DNA of 33,473 nt, counting the filler, from an uncultured virus (IMG/VR IMGVR_UViG_2049941000_000069) (taxonomy: Duplodnaviria > Heunggongvirae > Uroviricota > Caudoviricetes). It is 7 parts of one record of this genome, joined end to end, with 100 filler letters (N's around TTAATTAATTAA, not from the genome) between each part and the next. Parts side by side here need not be neighbours in the genome. Positions count along the whole stretch, not along the records: positions 8,728 to 32,367 come from IMGVR_UViG_2049941000_000069; 6 more parts are not named here. One strand, written 5' to 3'. Below the pieces are notes generated by a model. The model was not told where the DNA came from. It saw only the letters and a list, made by a program, of their open reading frames with translations, and did not search any database. Of this stretch, positions 15,001 through 25,413 are shown in pieces; position 1 is the stretch's first letter, and each line of letters starts with the position of its first letter. The translations under genes were made by a program, and so were the position numbers.

Positions 15001-18000
15001 TTAACTCATAAGTTCTACGCGTATCCCCTGACCGCTCGGCACAGTCCAGTTCTCCATCATCGACTGCATCGACATCATGACTGTATAGTTTGTCTGCATC
15101 TGAAGTAGGAGCTGGGACATCGTTGCGACTTGCACGTCCAAGTCAAATCCGACGACCGCGTCGCGTATCTGTGTAAGCAAATCCGATTGCAGGTACACTT
15201 GCTGGCTGACTCCGTTCATATAGCCTTCCAACGCGCCTGCCGTGTCTTCGGTAATCCCCTGAATCCCCTGCTGTAGCGCCGACAGGTTCTGCTCGCTAGA
15301 TTCACCAAACTTGTAATACTCGCCAAGAATATTCTTTAGCCTTTCGCCAAGTTCTGGCATAATGTTTGTAATCTCCTCCATCACGTAGTCGATGTCGGAG
15401 TCGGTAAACGCTGATGCTGCGTCAAGACGTTTCTGTGCCGCTTTTTCTTCTTCTTCTGCAGCTTTTCTGTAAGCGTCTATTTCGTCATGTCTCTCAGATG
15501 TTAATGAGGCGACTTCTGACAAGAAATCGTTATAATTCCCAATTCCGCGCCCATATCGTTCAGTAGCCATTTGGATTGCAACCTCTTCGTCAGACATCTG
15601 TCGTATTTCGAGGTTTCTGTTCCTTGCTTTTGCCAATGCGTCTGCTTCATCTTTCGTCCTGTCGTTGATACGGGCATCCAAATCATCCCACAACGCATCC
15701 ATGTATTGCGATACGACGCGGCTCACGATAGACTTCATAATCATGTTGTCTATCATTTCGTCAAACTTGTCAGAGAACACCTTCATGTAGTCCTCACCTT
15801 GCTTGAACGCACTTATCATCGAAGACACAAGGTTCTCTGCAAAGCTCGCAACGTCGGTTCCCATAAGGTCGTCAATAATCTCTGTGTAGCCGTTCTGTAT
15901 CTCGTAGTACAGTTCTCTGTACTGCTTCTGCAAGTCGAGTATCTTGTCTTCGTCGCGGTTCTTTGCTTTGCGCGACTTCTCAAGCTGTATCTGTCGCTGT
16001 ATTTCTGCAAGCTGAAGTTCTTTATTTGCCAACGCTGCTTGTCTTGCTCCGATGACTGCGGTGCCATAAGCCCTGTCGATGGCTTGCTCCAAGTCGATAA
16101 ACGACATTTCAAGATGCTTGACTGCGTGTTCAGACTCTTGCACGCTTGCCGTTATTCCAGCATTACCGCTCCATTCGTCAGCAAATTCGCTTATTACTCC
16201 AGCTGCAGCACCTACGACAGCACCGATGATAGCTCCATAAGTACCAAAAGAAGCGCCTGCCTGTGCTCCTGTGCCAGCCTTATCGATGATTCCAAAGATT
16301 TTATCGACATCGCTGTTGCCTTTTACGCCGCCGATTGCCTTTGCCAAATCGTCGAAAAGACCAATCGCACCCTTGATAGCTCCGTATACGGACATAAGCG
16401 ATTCAACCCATTCGCCAGCAGATATTTCGCCTGTCTTGGAGAGTTGCACCAAACGTTCTTTTAACTCGTCAAGTTCTTTAATTTGCTCTTCGGTAGCTTC
16501 TCCAGTGCCGATTTCACTTTCAATTGCATCTATCTTTGATGCTATAGAAGCCATCTCTGGCAAAACATCAGCCATACGTTCCTTTGCCTTGTCGAGCATA
16601 TTGGCAATAGCACCGAAAGGATTGTTCTTGCGCTGCTCTTTATATAAATTCTTTAGTGCATTGTTTATGTTCTTAATCTGCTTCGGGTCAAGATTCTTGG
16701 AATTCTTCTTATATTCCTCAAGTCTCTTGATAAGTCCGCCAATAGCCTTGTCTGTCATTCCAGCCAAGTCACCAGTCGCGATAACCCATTCGGGCGACTT
16801 CTGGAACTCTTCAAACGCTGTCTTTGCACTTTCCTGAGCTTCTTTCGTGTCGATGGCGACTTTTAGCTGAATCTTGACCTTGTCGTCAGCCACCACTTGG
16901 TCTACAAGAGCCTTCAGTTGTTTCTTGAGCTCTTCGGCTTTTTGTGTGTCGTCTTCGACTTCGAGTTGTGCGTATATTTTTCTAGCACTTTCCTTTTGCT
17001 CTTCTGTGCCAAATTTCACCACAAGCGCCTTTCGCTCGTTGTCAGCTTCTTTTGCAATCTGAGTGAGCTTGTACTGATACTCAGAGTACTTCTGAAGAAG
17101 CTTCTCGTACTCCTTTACAGCGTCAGCAGCTTCTTTCTTGCGAGTTTCTTGCGTAGCTTCATATCCCTTCTGAATCATGTCGTAGTAAGGCTGCTGAAGC
17201 GTTCCTGCGTTCAATTGTTCAGTGAACGCCTCCATGTCGTCACGAGTCAGATTCAGCATGTTAGGAAGCTCGATGTTGGCGCCCATCTGCTTGAAGTACT
17301 TGTTCAGAGACTTCGTGTACACCTCTGCGTACTCTTTTGCAGTACGTGGCAGTGTGTCCAAGTCGATGTCGAACATGTCGGCGAACATATTGCCGAGCTC
17401 TGGATTGGCGTCAAGCTCCACAGCCAACTCGTATTCGTCCTTCAGACGTCCGAGCTCGTTGTCGAGACCCTTCTTTATCTTCGTTGCGTTATAAGACTTT
17501 GCGTCAACGTCAACATTGTCATACTTTATTCTTAACTCACTTATTTCCTCTGGCTTGACGTTTTTTGAAAGTTTTGCAGCGCTTATCTGCTCTTGCAGCA
17601 TTTCGAGAAGCTTGTTCGGGTCGTCAGTTCCAGCAAACTTACGTATGTCGAACTTCGGTATGTTGTTCTTTCCAAGAATCTTGTTGATATACTCTATTGA
17701 TTCGCCGAAGCGTGATGTGAGATATGAAAGCGCTGTCGTTCTGTTGATTCCAGAGTCAGTCATCTTCTTGTATGCAGACGATACTTCGTCTATAATCTTC
17801 AGTTCTTCCTTGAGAGCCTTTTGAAGCTCCGATTCTGCGGCTTTCTGAGCTTTGGTATTTGCAGTGTTTTCTTTCTTCGATTCTCCGCCTTCAGAAACGG
17901 CTTTATTGTAGTCTTTTTCAGCTGCAGCTCGTTCTTTTAGTGCCTTGGTAAGTTTTTGGTCGTCTTCTGAAGCAGTTATGTTGTTTTCGTCAACTTCTTT

Positions 18001-21000
18001 TGCTCCCTTTTTCCTTAATCTCGCAATCTCCTTGTCAAGGCGCTGCATATCTTTCCAAGCTTTGTCTGCTGCCGCATCAGCCTCTTCAAGTGTTTTCATG
18101 ACAGTCTTGTTTTCGTCTGTGCTTATCGTAAGAGGTATAAAGATGCTCCACTGGTTTGCGTTTGCAACCCAATTTTTCAGGTAGTTAAACGCTTCATCGT
18201 ACGACATCTTGTGGCTCTTCGCATAGTTAGTAACCATGCGTTTTACCCAATCCGCGTATTTGCCTTCTTGGAAGTTTAGCGACTTAATCTGTTTATCGTT
18301 CATACCTCTGAACATAGCAGTCATTTCAGACAGATGTTGCTCCTTGAGATATTTGGTAAATCGCTCCCACTCGACTTTTTGGCGACCGTTATAAAGATTC
18401 CAGTTGTTATATATCTCTGCCTCCTTCTCGTATTCTTTAGCTATCTCTTCTTTATGAAGACTGTCTTTTTCAGCCATATATGCATTTCTAAGGTCTTGCA
18501 GCCTTATATATTGAGCTTCTTTTGCAGCCTTCGAACGTGCTTCTTCCATCTCAATTTGAAGCATATACGCTTTTTCAGGGTCAAGTTGGTTCTGTTGTAT
18601 GAGATTGTCGGTAATCTGCTTGAACGTTTCATTAACCTTGTTTACGTTTCCACTCCACCCTTGCGCGTTTATAAAGTTTAGAACAGACTCTTTTGTTGAA
18701 TCAATGTCTTCTCTGAACTTTTTAAGTTCATTTTCGTAATTGTCAAGCCATCGCTCAGCGTCGTCTTGGTATTTCTTGTCTATACCCAATGGAGCTCTGT
18801 CTTCTCCAGAAGCAGCTCTCCTCGCTTTTTCGATTGAACCATATTTCTCTTCAATCTTTCCAAGCCACATGTGGGTGTCTTTGAGATTCCCTATCGTACC
18901 GTCTGGAAGAGTCCATAAGTTCCACCAAGCAGACCAGTCTCTTTCTAATTTTATTGCACCATCTCCAAGCTCCTTTATCGCAGCAGAAACAGACTGAATA
19001 TCGTCAATAACAGCAAAACTTTGCCTTAGCCTTTCACTGACATTTTTTATCTGCAAAAGACCTCCGATATATTTGTCGCTTGCGTGCGAAGAAAGCTCTA
19101 TTTGTTCTTTTACTGCTTCCCATGCTTTCTTTGCGTCGTCAACGTTAATGTCTTGAGGCGTTACAATGGTTTTTCCGTTGTTGTCTGTTATCGTCTTATA
19201 AAGGCTTTCTCGGAGCTCCTTGTACTGTTCCTTGAATTTCTCCAAGTCGTTGTAAGTGTTTTTGGCGTTTTCTCTTATTGTTCTATTGAACTCCTTCATG
19301 GCTTCGTTTCCACGAACAATTTCAACGACAGCAGCTGCTGCCATAGTTGCTATGCCAACCCATAGTGTAGAAGAAGCCATTTTTGCAGCATTCATTGAAG
19401 ATGTTAATGCACGCAATTTTTGAGACAATTTGTCACCAAGAACAGCTTCCAACGCAATAGCTTTATTTGTACCCATTACAACTCCATAATACAGAAGTTG
19501 AGCAGTCTTGACCAATCCCAATCCTATCGCAAGATTTTCAACAGCTTTACTAAGGTTCTTCCATTGTAAAAAGAATTCTTTGAGAAGATTGATGCCAGTA
19601 GTAAGAACACCCTGCTCAGACTTTCCAATGTCGTTAAGCATATTGTTCCATGCAAGCGTCAGGTTGGCAAGGCGTACTTTCAGGGTATCAGCCATCTTTG
19701 CTTGGAAATCAAAGAACTTACCGCCTTCGTCGGTCATCTTTGTTACAACAGACATGACATCGTTGTAGTCGATGGCTTTCTTCTTCATTCTGTCATATAC
19801 ATCACCGACGCTTACCATCTTCCCTTCAAGCTCAGTGTAGTACTTTGACAGCTCTCGGACGAGAGGAATACCAGCGTTGGCAAACATACGTGCATCACGG
19901 CTGTTTAGATAGCCGTAGGCTTTAATCTGACCAAGTGCGTATGTCAGACGTTCCATCGGGACACCAACAGCAGAAGCCATGTCTGCAAGACGGCGTGTTG
20001 TGTCTACCACTTCGTTTGCTGCAATGTCGTATGCAGTCAGTTGCTTTGCTGCGTTTGACAGTTCTATCAAGGTGTATGGAGAAACGAGAGCCATCTGAGA
20101 CAGCTCGTTGAATATCTGAGTTCCTCTCTCTGCGGAGTTGATGAGAATACCAAGCGCACGCTCGTTCATCTCGTATTGTGAGCGGACTTCTATAAGGTTC
20201 TTAATAAACTGAGTCGATGCACCTACTGTAAAGTAGAATGCAAGACGGTTCTTCATGTAGTTCCATGAACGACCGAGGGCGTTGTTTGAACCGACCATCT
20301 GCTGGTTCTTGTTCATCACCTCATCCATCTTTTTCTTCAGGCGCTCGTACTCTGCGTTGACTTGATTGATTTCATTCCGCTGAGCATTGACATCAAGCCC
20401 GGAACGATACGACGCAAGTCTCTGCATCTTATACGCGATGTCGTCAAGAGTCTTTTCGGAAAGACCGCCTCTTCCATTGATTCCAAGAATAGATTCAAGG
20501 GATACTGGGCGCGATGCTTGTAAACGTATTTTCTGTATCGCGCGCTCAACTTCTTGTATTGACGCAACAAGAGCTTTTCCTTGGTCGCTGTCTCTCTCTG
20601 ACGAGCTTAATCTGTCGTATGTCTGCTTTAACTGCCTTAGAGTTTTGTCTAAGTTGTTGTATGATGCAGTTTCAGAGTCAGCAAGTTTCACTTGTGACTG
20701 CTGCAAGCCTAATACATGAGCTATTGATTGCCTTAAATCGTCGTATGAGGCAAACGTCTTTGGCTGAGAGCGTTTTGCTTGTTCGTTTGTAATCTGAGTC
20801 TCAGTAGCCAATTGACGTTGTGCAGCCTGCTCAGCAGCAGCCTTTTCAGAAGCCTCTTGCCTCTCTGCACTTGCACGTCGTATTGCTTCAACTTCTTGTT
20901 CTTTCTGTGTGTTTAAAATCTGCTCTTCAAGAGAAAGTCTGTCTTTTGCTGGTAATGTGCTTCTTTCAGAGTCGTAATAAACTCTGTCTCCAACCATTGC

Positions 21001-21942
21001 GTAGCCTTTCTCTTTCCATTCTACGCTCTCTCTGATTGCTTGCGCTTGCCTGCGAACTTCTTCTGTATATTTCTGAGAACCTTGTGTTAGTTGTTGCTGC
21101 TCATGAACGCTGCTGCTTAGGATTTGCTGCAGCCTTCTGATTTCTGCTTCGGTAGATGCAATTTGAGAAGGATTCAGCAGTCCGCGTTCGCGCATATCAC
21201 GGAGCAATGCTTGCAATCGTTCAAGCTTGGCTTGGACAAGGTCGTATTGGTCTGTAGGAATTTTGTTTGCCCTCGAATAAGCAAGTCTATATTGCTCGTC
21301 TATCATTTTCTTCTGAGCAGCAGTTTCTTTTTCTTGAGCAGCGACACGTCTTTCTGATGCTCTTTTTGAAAGTTTCTCTTCTTCTGCATAATATTGATTG
21401 AGCTGTTTTAGCCTCTCGTCAACAGCAAAGAAATTCTTAACATCAGCTTTTGCATTATACGAATATGCTTTTTCGTTTGCTGTAGCCAATCCCAATGCAG
21501 AAACCCTCAGCTTTTCGTTATACTCGACGATACGAGCCAATGCGCGCTCATACTCGGCATAGTCTTGCTTTGATGGGTCGATGTGCTGCCTTAGCGTGTT
21601 GAAATTCGAAATTACACCCACTGCTTGTTTCAAGCCCTGAGCAAGTTGGTCAAAAGTCATGCTCTGCTCTTTTGCGGATTGCGTCGTCTTCTTTGTCTGT
21701 TCTTCAAGTGATTTCTGGTCGTTGACAACCTTTTTTGTCCCTCCACCTGACGACGTGCCGCCGAAGTCAATCTTGACGTTGCCAAGCTCGCCAAGCTTCT
21801 TTTTCATCTGCTCGACAGCAGAGTCCATAGACTGAGCCATCTTCTTTGTCGCTTCGTCTACGTGTTGGACGAGCTTGTCTATCGAGTTCTTTAAGTCTTG
21901 GTCGCTCAACGAGGCAGCGACTATCGTCGGTGAATTTGCCAT
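15001..21942 (-). CDS. Tail tape measure protein (2313 aa)
   Basis: Very long helical ORF after the chaperones. Tape-measure motif SPYTLIELSNAAKQL...RLADMASAVGVPMERLTYALGQI, hydrophobic segments, and C-terminal QGITEDTAGALEG. Confidence 0.95.
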   Translation of the reverse strand: MANSPTIVAASLSDQDLKNSIDKLVQHVDEATKKMAQSMDSAVEQMKKKLGELGNVKIDFGGTSSGGGTKKVVNDQKSLEEQTKKTTQSAKEQSMTFDQLAQGLKQAVGVISNFNTLRQHIDPSKQDYAEYERALARIVEYNEKLRVSALGLATANEKAYSYNAKADVKNFFAVDERLKQLNQYYAEEEKLSKRASERRVAAQEKETAAQKKMIDEQYRLAYSRANKIPTDQYDLVQAKLERLQALLRDMRERGLLNPSQIASTEAEIRRLQQILSSSVHEQQQLTQGSQKYTEEVRRQAQAIRESVEWKEKGYAMVGDRVYYDSERSTLPAKDRLSLEEQILNTQKEQEVEAIRRASAERQEASEKAAAEQAAQRQLATETQITNEQAKRSQPKTFASYDDLRQSIAHVLGLQQSQVKLADSETASYNNLDKTLRQLKQTYDRLSSSERDSDQGKALVASIQEVERAIQKIRLQASRPVSLESILGINGRGGLSEKTLDDIAYKMQRLASYRSGLDVNAQRNEINQVNAEYERLKKKMDEVMNKNQQMVGSNNALGRSWNYMKNRLAFYFTVGASTQFIKNLIEVRSQYEMNERALGILINSAERGTQIFNELSQMALVSPYTLIELSNAAKQLTAYDIAANEVVDTTRRLADMASAVGVPMERLTYALGQIKAYGYLNSRDARMFANAGIPLVRELSKYYTELEGKMVSVGDVYDRMKKKAIDYNDVMSVVTKMTDEGGKFFDFQAKMADTLKVRLANLTLAWNNMLNDIGKSEQGVLTTGINLLKEFFLQWKNLSKAVENLAIGLGLVKTAQLLYYGVVMGTNKAIALEAVLGDKLSQKLRALTSSMNAAKMASSTLWVGIATMAAAAVVEIVRGNEAMKEFNRTIRENAKNTYNDLEKFKEQYKELRESLYKTITDNNGKTIVTPQDINVDDAKKAWEAVKEQIELSSHASDKYIGGLLQIKNVSERLRQSFAVIDDIQSVSAAIKELGDGAIKLERDWSAWWNLWTLPDGTIGNLKDTHMWLGKIEEKYGSIEKARRAASGEDRAPLGIDKKYQDDAERWLDNYENELKKFREDIDSTKESVLNFINAQGWSGNVNKVNETFKQITDNLIQQNQLDPEKAYMLQIEMEEARSKAAKEAQYIRLQDLRNAYMAEKDSLHKEEIAKEYEKEAEIYNNWNLYNGRQKVEWERFTKYLKEQHLSEMTAMFRGMNDKQIKSLNFQEGKYADWVKRMVTNYAKSHKMSYDEAFNYLKNWVANANQWSIFIPLTISTDENKTVMKTLEEADAAADKAWKDMQRLDKEIARLRKKGAKEVDENNITASEDDQKLTKALKERAAAEKDYNKAVSEGGESKKENTANTKAQKAAESELQKALKEELKIIDEVSSAYKKMTDSGINRTTALSYLTSRFGESIEYINKILGKNNIPKFDIRKFAGTDDPNKLLEMLQEQISAAKLSKNVKPEEISELRIKYDNVDVDAKSYNATKIKKGLDNELGRLKDEYELAVELDANPELGNMFADMFDIDLDTLPRTAKEYAEVYTKSLNKYFKQMGANIELPNMLNLTRDDMEAFTEQLNAGTLQQPYYDMIQKGYEATQETRKKEAADAVKEYEKLLQKYSEYQYKLTQIAKEADNERKALVVKFGTEEQKESARKIYAQLEVEDDTQKAEELKKQLKALVDQVVADDKVKIQLKVAIDTKEAQESAKTAFEEFQKSPEWVIATGDLAGMTDKAIGGLIKRLEEYKKNSKNLDPKQIKNINNALKNLYKEQRKNNPFGAIANMLDKAKERMADVLPEMASIASKIDAIESEIGTGEATEEQIKELDELKERLVQLSKTGEISAGEWVESLMSVYGAIKGAIGLFDDLAKAIGGVKGNSDVDKIFGIIDKAGTGAQAGASFGTYGAIIGAVVGAAAGVISEFADEWSGNAGITASVQESEHAVKHLEMSFIDLEQAIDRAYGTAVIGARQAALANKELQLAEIQRQIQLEKSRKAKNRDEDKILDLQKQYRELYYEIQNGYTEIIDDLMGTDVASFAENLVSSMISAFKQGEDYMKVFSDKFDEMIDNMIMKSIVSRVVSQYMDALWDDLDARINDRTKDEADALAKARNRNLEIRQMSDEEVAIQMATERYGRGIGNYNDFLSEVASLTSERHDEIDAYRKAAEEEEKAAQKRLDAASAFTDSDIDYVMEEITNIMPELGERLKNILGEYYKFGESSEQNLSALQQGIQGITEDTAGALEGYMNGVSQQVYLQSDLLTQIRDAVVGFDLDVQVATMSQLLLQMQTNYTVMMSMQSMMENWTVPSGQGIRVELMS

Positions 21943-21963
21943 ATCTTTATCTTGTTTAAACAG

Positions 21964-22332
21964 TTATTTCTTTCCGTGAACTGGAATCTCGTACTCTTCA
22001 CCTGCTTTCAGGTTCTTAGCTCCGAGACTCTTGTAGAAGTCCTCCAACTTGTTCTGAGCCTCCAACGCTTCCTTGTAGTTATTCCAAGCTGCCTTGTCAG
22101 CTCCCTTCAAGTACTTCGTGTGCGTGTTGTCGACGGCCATGAACTGTATCTGTGCGCACGACAGACGGTAGAGGTAGTCGTCTAGTCGGTACTGGGGGTA
22201 GGCCTTGATGAAGTCTGCTGCGTCCGCAATGACAGTGCTTCCATAAACTGTGAGGCTGTCTCCATTGATTTCCTCTTGCGCGTCAGCAGTGAATCCGTAA
22301 GCATACTCACCGATTTTTTGAGTAAAAAAAAA
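21964..22332 (-). CDS. Tail assembly chaperone, -1 frameshift extension (gpT-like)
   Basis: The -1 frame opens through the T9 slippery run (FFFTQKIGEYAYG...) and ends just before the tape measure. Confidence 0.8.
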   Translation of the reverse strand, partial: FFFTQKIGEYAYGFTADAQEEINGDSLTVYGSTVIADAADFIKAYPQYRLDDYLYRLSCAQIQFMAVDNTHTKYLKGADKAAWNNYKEALEAQNKLEDFYKSLGAKNLKAGEEYEIPVHGKK

Positions 22333-22799
22333 GCGCTCAAGTCTACGGATTGTATCGCTCCAAGGATTATCGCAGCCCATTGGTTCGCGTCAAATGTCGA
22401 GTTCATCACCTTCATCTTCATCTGTCGAACCATTTCTTCGTTCTCGTCGTCAGCATTCTCTCTGTCTGGCGTGAAGCGATGGTTGCAGAGTATTACTGCC
22501 ATTATCTCGCACATGGCGTCCAAGTCGGTGCAAAGCGCTGTCATGACCTTCTGGTCTGTGTCCAATGTCTCGTCTGCTTTCTTCATGTCCATGACAAGTC
22601 TGCAGATTCTGAACACTGAGTAGTAGCGCATATTCTTCACTCTGTACTCTTTGTCTCCAAGTTTCACGAGCGACGGAGAATCGTTGATGATGTCTACAAT
22701 GTCTCGCTTGACTTCAACAGAGAACTCTGGCAACGAGAACTCTTCCTCGTCCTCTTTCTTCTCTTCAGTCTTCTTCTTGTTGTTGAACTTCTTCTTCAT
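22182..22799 (-). CDS. Tail assembly chaperone (gpG-like)
   Basis: Lies between tail tube and tape measure; contains the slippery sequence GCT TTT TTT TTA. Confidence 0.85.
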   Translation of the reverse strand: MKKKFNNKKKTEEKKEDEEEFSLPEFSVEVKRDIVDIINDSPSLVKLGDKEYRVKNMRYYSVFRICRLVMDMKKADETLDTDQKVMTALCTDLDAMCEIMAVILCNHRFTPDRENADDENEEMVRQMKMKVMNSTFDANQWAAIILGAIQSVDLSAFFLLKKSVSMLTDSLLTRKRKSMETASQFMEALSLRTQQTSSRPTPSTD

Positions 22800-22936
22800 T
22801 CTTCTGTGTTTCGTTTGCGTTTCTTTTTAATGCTTGCTCTGTATTCGATAATATGGGGATGCGCCTTCGGGATGAACCCTATGCACGCACCCCCACGCTT
22901 ACGAAAACAGAGAATTACCTCTTTCTTGTATCAAGA

Positions 22937-23464
22937 TTATGCAGACGGAGTGTCGCCGATAATCTTGTACATGTGGTCTACGTTCGGAGTCACAGATGTG
23001 TCCGTGTAGACGAGAGAAGTGATGGTCACTGAGTAGTTCAGAGCACCGTCTGCGTCCTTCTTCAGAGTGCCGACAGTCAGACCCTTGTAGATAACCAGAG
23101 AGCCGAAGCCGCGTCCGAAGTCGAGCTTCCACTCGTACTCCTTCGTGGTGGCTGCAGTAGCACCCTCGTAGACCTCTGCAGTAGTACCTGCAGTACCAGC
23201 GGTGTAAGTACCGCCGAACAAATCGTCAAGCTCGCTCAAGTCGTAGTTTGCAAGCTCGAATGTCATCGTCACAGGCTTGCCCTGATAGATGATGTCGAAC
23301 GGAGAGTCGTAGAACTCGGCCTCAATCTCAGTTGAGTCAGGCTCGTCCTGAGCGATTGCAAGACCCTTCAGCACACCCATAACCTGAGTGTAAGAGGTGG
23401 CAGCAGCTGCGCCTACTGCGCGATAGCTTAAGCTAATCGGCTTCAAAGTTGTTTTCTTTGCCAT
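22937..23464 (-). CDS. Major tail (tube) protein
   Basis: 175 aa, T/A/G-rich and beta-rich, with strong codon bias and canonical position. Confidence 0.85.
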   Translation of the reverse strand: MAKKTTLKPISLSYRAVGAAAATSYTQVMGVLKGLAIAQDEPDSTEIEAEFYDSPFDIIYQGKPVTMTFELANYDLSELDDLFGGTYTAGTAGTTAEVYEGATAATTKEYEWKLDFGRGFGSLVIYKGLTVGTLKKDADGALNYSVTITSLVYTDTSVTPNVDHMYKIIGDTPSA

Positions 23465-23482
23465 AATTTTACCCTTTCTAAA

Positions 23483-23983
23483 TTAGTTATTATTACTGTT
23501 GTTGTTTGTATTTTCTGAATCATCAGAGCTTTCGCTGCTGACTTCTTCCTTTACACCGTCTATGGTGACTATGAACGACTTGACAAACACGTTGTACTGG
23601 TTTCCCTTGTTCGTGTCCTCGTCGTCGTCCATCGAGAGAATGCCGTCGCTCTGTATGTAGTAGATGTCAGAAGTTGGATGCTCAATCTCAGAGCGTATGG
23701 CTGTGTTGATTCCGTCTTCAAATGCCGCGTACTTTTCCTTGTCGAGACGACCCCTGCTCTTCTGCGGAACGTATGCAATGACGCTGCACCGAACCCATCC
23801 GAACGTCTGTAGGTCGAACTCCGACTCGTCCCTGATGCTGCCGACTTCTATGACAATGAAGCCATTGCTCGTATCGTCAGTCGTGTTGTCGGTAGGGACG
23901 CGCATCGAATAGATATTCTGCGTCACCCCGCTGAACAGCGGCTTCAGGTAGTCGTATATCGCGATTCTTGACTCTTCAACCAT
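23483..23983 (-). CDS. Tail terminator protein
   Basis: Directly upstream of the tail tube gene; size and synteny. Confidence 0.65.
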   Translation of the reverse strand: MVEESRIAIYDYLKPLFSGVTQNIYSMRVPTDNTTDDTSNGFIVIEVGSIRDESEFDLQTFGWVRCSVIAYVPQKSRGRLDKEKYAAFEDGINTAIRSEIEHPTSDIYYIQSDGILSMDDDEDTNKGNQYNVFVKSFIVTIDGVKEEVSSESSDDSENTNNNSNNN

Positions 23984-23987
23984 AGCC

Positions 23988-24644
23988 CTATCGTATTAAA
24001 CCAATCTTCTTGACGCCGACTCTGTTCTTGTACTTTCTGCTTCTGTATGAATACTTCGGTCTGTAGACAGTAAGGTGTGTCTTTGCTGGCTTCAAGTCCA
24101 TCCTGACATCATCAAAGATGTGTGTCATCACTTGGAACTGCATTCTGCGACCACTCTTGACGTGAGTGAATCCACCTTCCCAATAGCCCCAATACGGAGC
24201 CAGTACTGCAAAAAACACAGTCCATTTGTTATTCTTGCCTTGCGCTTTCCCCAAATACTCTTCTGCAAGCTGTCTTCCGTTGACTTCTTCCATGTCGTTA
24301 GGAAAGTATTCATGCAAGTATGAACTAGTTCCACCAGAAACGCCCATGCCTCGTTCTTGCCCCCACTTGTTCGTATAACTGTGTGTTATCGCCTCCCTGT
24401 AGAAGCCGTTGCCTTTCATCTCTCCATTGTAAGTTACCCCCCAACAGAGAGAGTTCAGCAAGTTCCCTGTTCTGTCCATTCCATGAGCACCGCTGTAAGA
24501 AGCAATCATATCTCCTAGTTTCTTGATTTCAGTCTGAGCATAGTCTATGAGCTTTGCAGTCTGCTCTCCGACCCAATAGTCAGTGAGCTCTTTCTGCAAC
24601 TGCTTCGTGTAAGCACCCAATCCTATGACCTTCGACTTCTTCAT
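23988..24644 (-). CDS. Tail completion / neck protein (HK97 gp10-like)
   Basis: DRTGNLLNSL motif and APYWGYWEGG; likely start MKKSKVIG after the upstream stop. Confidence 0.7.
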   Translation of the reverse strand: MKKSKVIGLGAYTKQLQKELTDYWVGEQTAKLIDYAQTEIKKLGDMIASYSGAHGMDRTGNLLNSLCWGVTYNGEMKGNGFYREAITHSYTNKWGQERGMGVSGGTSSYLHEYFPNDMEEVNGRQLAEEYLGKAQGKNNKWTVFFAVLAPYWGYWEGGFTHVKSGRRMQFQVMTHIFDDVRMDLKPAKTHLTVYRPKYSYRSRKYKNRVGVKKIGLIR

Positions 24645-24645
24645 G

Positions 24646-24984
24646 CTAATCCCAGTCTTTGCGTGTACAATATACACTTATTCCCATCAGCTGAGAAGGT
24701 TCTGCGTTGTCCACCGTAAAGTTCAGCTCTTCGCCATAACGAGTCAAAGAAACGCTGTCTCCCTTTCGAGGAACGATGTAATCGCCCTCGTCATCTTTTG
24801 TGAGAGGTATGGATATGATGTAAGACGCAGTCTGCAGTATTCTGCCTTCGTCGTCACTGACCATGTGCTCGTCCATGACGCCTTCGTAGACAGTCAGCTC
24901 TTCGTCATCATTGTCACCATGCCCCTCGACGATTCGCGTGATGACGCCCTCGTACGGGTATTCAACAATCTCTTCTCTCGTCAT
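24646..24984 (-). CDS. Head closure (stopper) protein
   Basis: 112 aa, beta-rich; synteny. Confidence 0.6.
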   Translation of the reverse strand: MTREEIVEYPYEGVITRIVEGHGDNDDEELTVYEGVMDEHMVSDDEGRILQTASYIISIPLTKDDEGDYIVPRKGDSVSLTRYGEELNFTVDNAEPSQLMGISVYCTRKDWD

Positions 24985-25367
24985 AAGCTTGTCACGTCTT
25001 CAATTGGCACAAAACGTATCTTCTTCTGCATGTTCTCAAGAACGTCGGCTCTCTCGTCACCATAAATGCTGTATATGCCTATAGCGTACTTAATCTTGTC
25101 GTCTTGGTAAAAGTCTTGCTCACTTCCGATTGTCTTCTGATAACCGTTGTGAGACTGTTGCAAGGATGAGGTATTAGACGGACTCAACAGCACTGCGGCA
25201 AAGATGATGTCAGCCGTCATGAGTTCCTTCAGACGCTTAGTCACTTTTGTCTCGTCGTATGCGTCATCGTCTGGGTCTACGCCCCTGTCAAGCGCAATCT
25301 TTATGAGATTGTTGTCGTCGAAACGAGTGTACGTCGTCGATGCTTTGAGCCATTCTAATACCGTCAT
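24981..25367 (-). CDS. Head-tail connector (adaptor) protein
   Basis: 128 aa, helical; directly follows the capsid gene. Confidence 0.65.
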   Translation of the reverse strand: MTVLEWLKASTTYTRFDDNNLIKIALDRGVDPDDDAYDETKVTKRLKELMTADIIFAAVLLSPSNTSSLQQSHNGYQKTIGSEQDFYQDDKIKYAIGIYSIYGDERADVLENMQKKIRFVPIEDVTSL

Positions 25368-25413
25368 CTTACAAACACTTAAAAACCTAAACCTTAACTA
25401 ACCTATAAAGATT

